Positions 36,524 to 36,983 of a stretch of 36,983 bases of DNA are shown here, in pieces. This DNA is from an uncultured Prevotella sp. (GTDB taxonomy: Bacteria > Bacteroidota > Bacteroidia > Bacteroidales > Bacteroidaceae), in the NCBI GenBank assembly GCA_945637645.1, contig CALZDK010000001.1, positions 1-36,983 of the forward strand. The letters run 5' to 3'. Every line of letters starts with the position of its first letter. Position 1 is the first letter of the stretch. The notes beneath the pieces are model-generated. The model was not told where the DNA came from. It worked only from the letters and a program-made list of their open reading frames with translations, and did no database searches. The position numbers and the translations under genes are program-made.

Positions 36524-36983
36524 ATGAAACAAATATTATCATTCATGTTACTTTTTTTTGCCCTGCCTATGATGGTAATGGCAGAAAACAAGATCAAGTC
36601 GGGTGAGATTTGGCCTGACAACAATGGGGAACACATCAATGCCCATGGAGGTGGCATCCTCTTACATAATGGTACTTATTATTGGTTTGGAGAGCACAAG
36701 GCAGAAAACACAAGCTCGGCTCTTGTAGGGGTGACTTGTTATTCGTCGAAAGACTTGCGCAACTGGAAAAACCGCGGCGTGGCACTCTCTGTCAGCGACG
36801 AACCGGGAAGCGAAATCGAGAAAGGTTGCGTATTGGAACGACCGAAGGTTATATATAATAAGGTGACAAAGAAATTCGTGATGTGGTTCCATCTTGAGCT
36901 CAAGGGACTTGGCTATCGTGCTGCAAGAGCAGGAGTGGCAATAGCCGACAAGCCCGAAGGGCCTTACAAGTTCCTTCGTTCCG
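36524..36983 (+). CDS. Glycoside hydrolase family 43 (GH43_24-like exo-beta-1,3-galactanase), 3'-truncated by the window
   Basis: Translated by hand: signal peptide MKQILSFMLLFFALPMMVMA, then WPDNNGEHINAHGGG, YYWFGEHK, YSSKDL.NW, ERPKVIYN, FVMWFHLE. Not in the ORF track because there is no stop codon. Confidence 0.9.
   Translation, partial: MKQILSFMLLFFALPMMVMAENKIKSGEIWPDNNGEHINAHGGGILLHNGTYYWFGEHKAENTSSALVGVTCYSSKDLRNWKNRGVALSVSDEPGSEIEKGCVLERPKVIYNKVTKKFVMWFHLELKGLGYRAARAGVAIADKPEGPYKFLRS

Overview
Bacteroidales (Prevotella-like) chromosomal window, judged from gene content and the many TAnnTTTG/TTTG promoters. It has three parts. (1) 1-4560 is the end of an accessory, mobile-looking cassette abutting the 3' end of a tRNA-Cys gene. 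It holds a GTAG-type REP fragment, a long structured leader, an HTH-like ORF, a DUF3127 SSB-like protein, a hypothetical protein behind a ~95-nt hairpin, a BT4734-type primase-polymerase fused to a DUF3987 P-loop domain, and a DUF5675 protein that has lost both putative catalytic residues. (2) 4611-31183 is core genome: tRNA-Cys, carB, ileS-dksA-lspA-DUF4296-nucleoside permease-DUF151-rsmE-DUF4836-ABC transporter (permease fused to DUF3256), a probable standalone sRNA, MBL hydrolase, rsmG, panD, panC, a GT5-like gene, DUF4270, a small ORF, a divergent RpoD-family sigma factor, a PD40 protein, nucleoside phosphorylase and mnmE. (3) 31186-36983 is an accessory tract after mnmE: orphan vsr, a perfect 60-bp palindrome fused to an IS66 right-end remnant, 22-bp-period repeats, a hybrid two-component system and the start of a divergent GH43 gene with 21-bp-period operator-like repeats. 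The best candidate for an undescribed system is the left cassette. Family assignments are from recalled motifs; no database searches were run.
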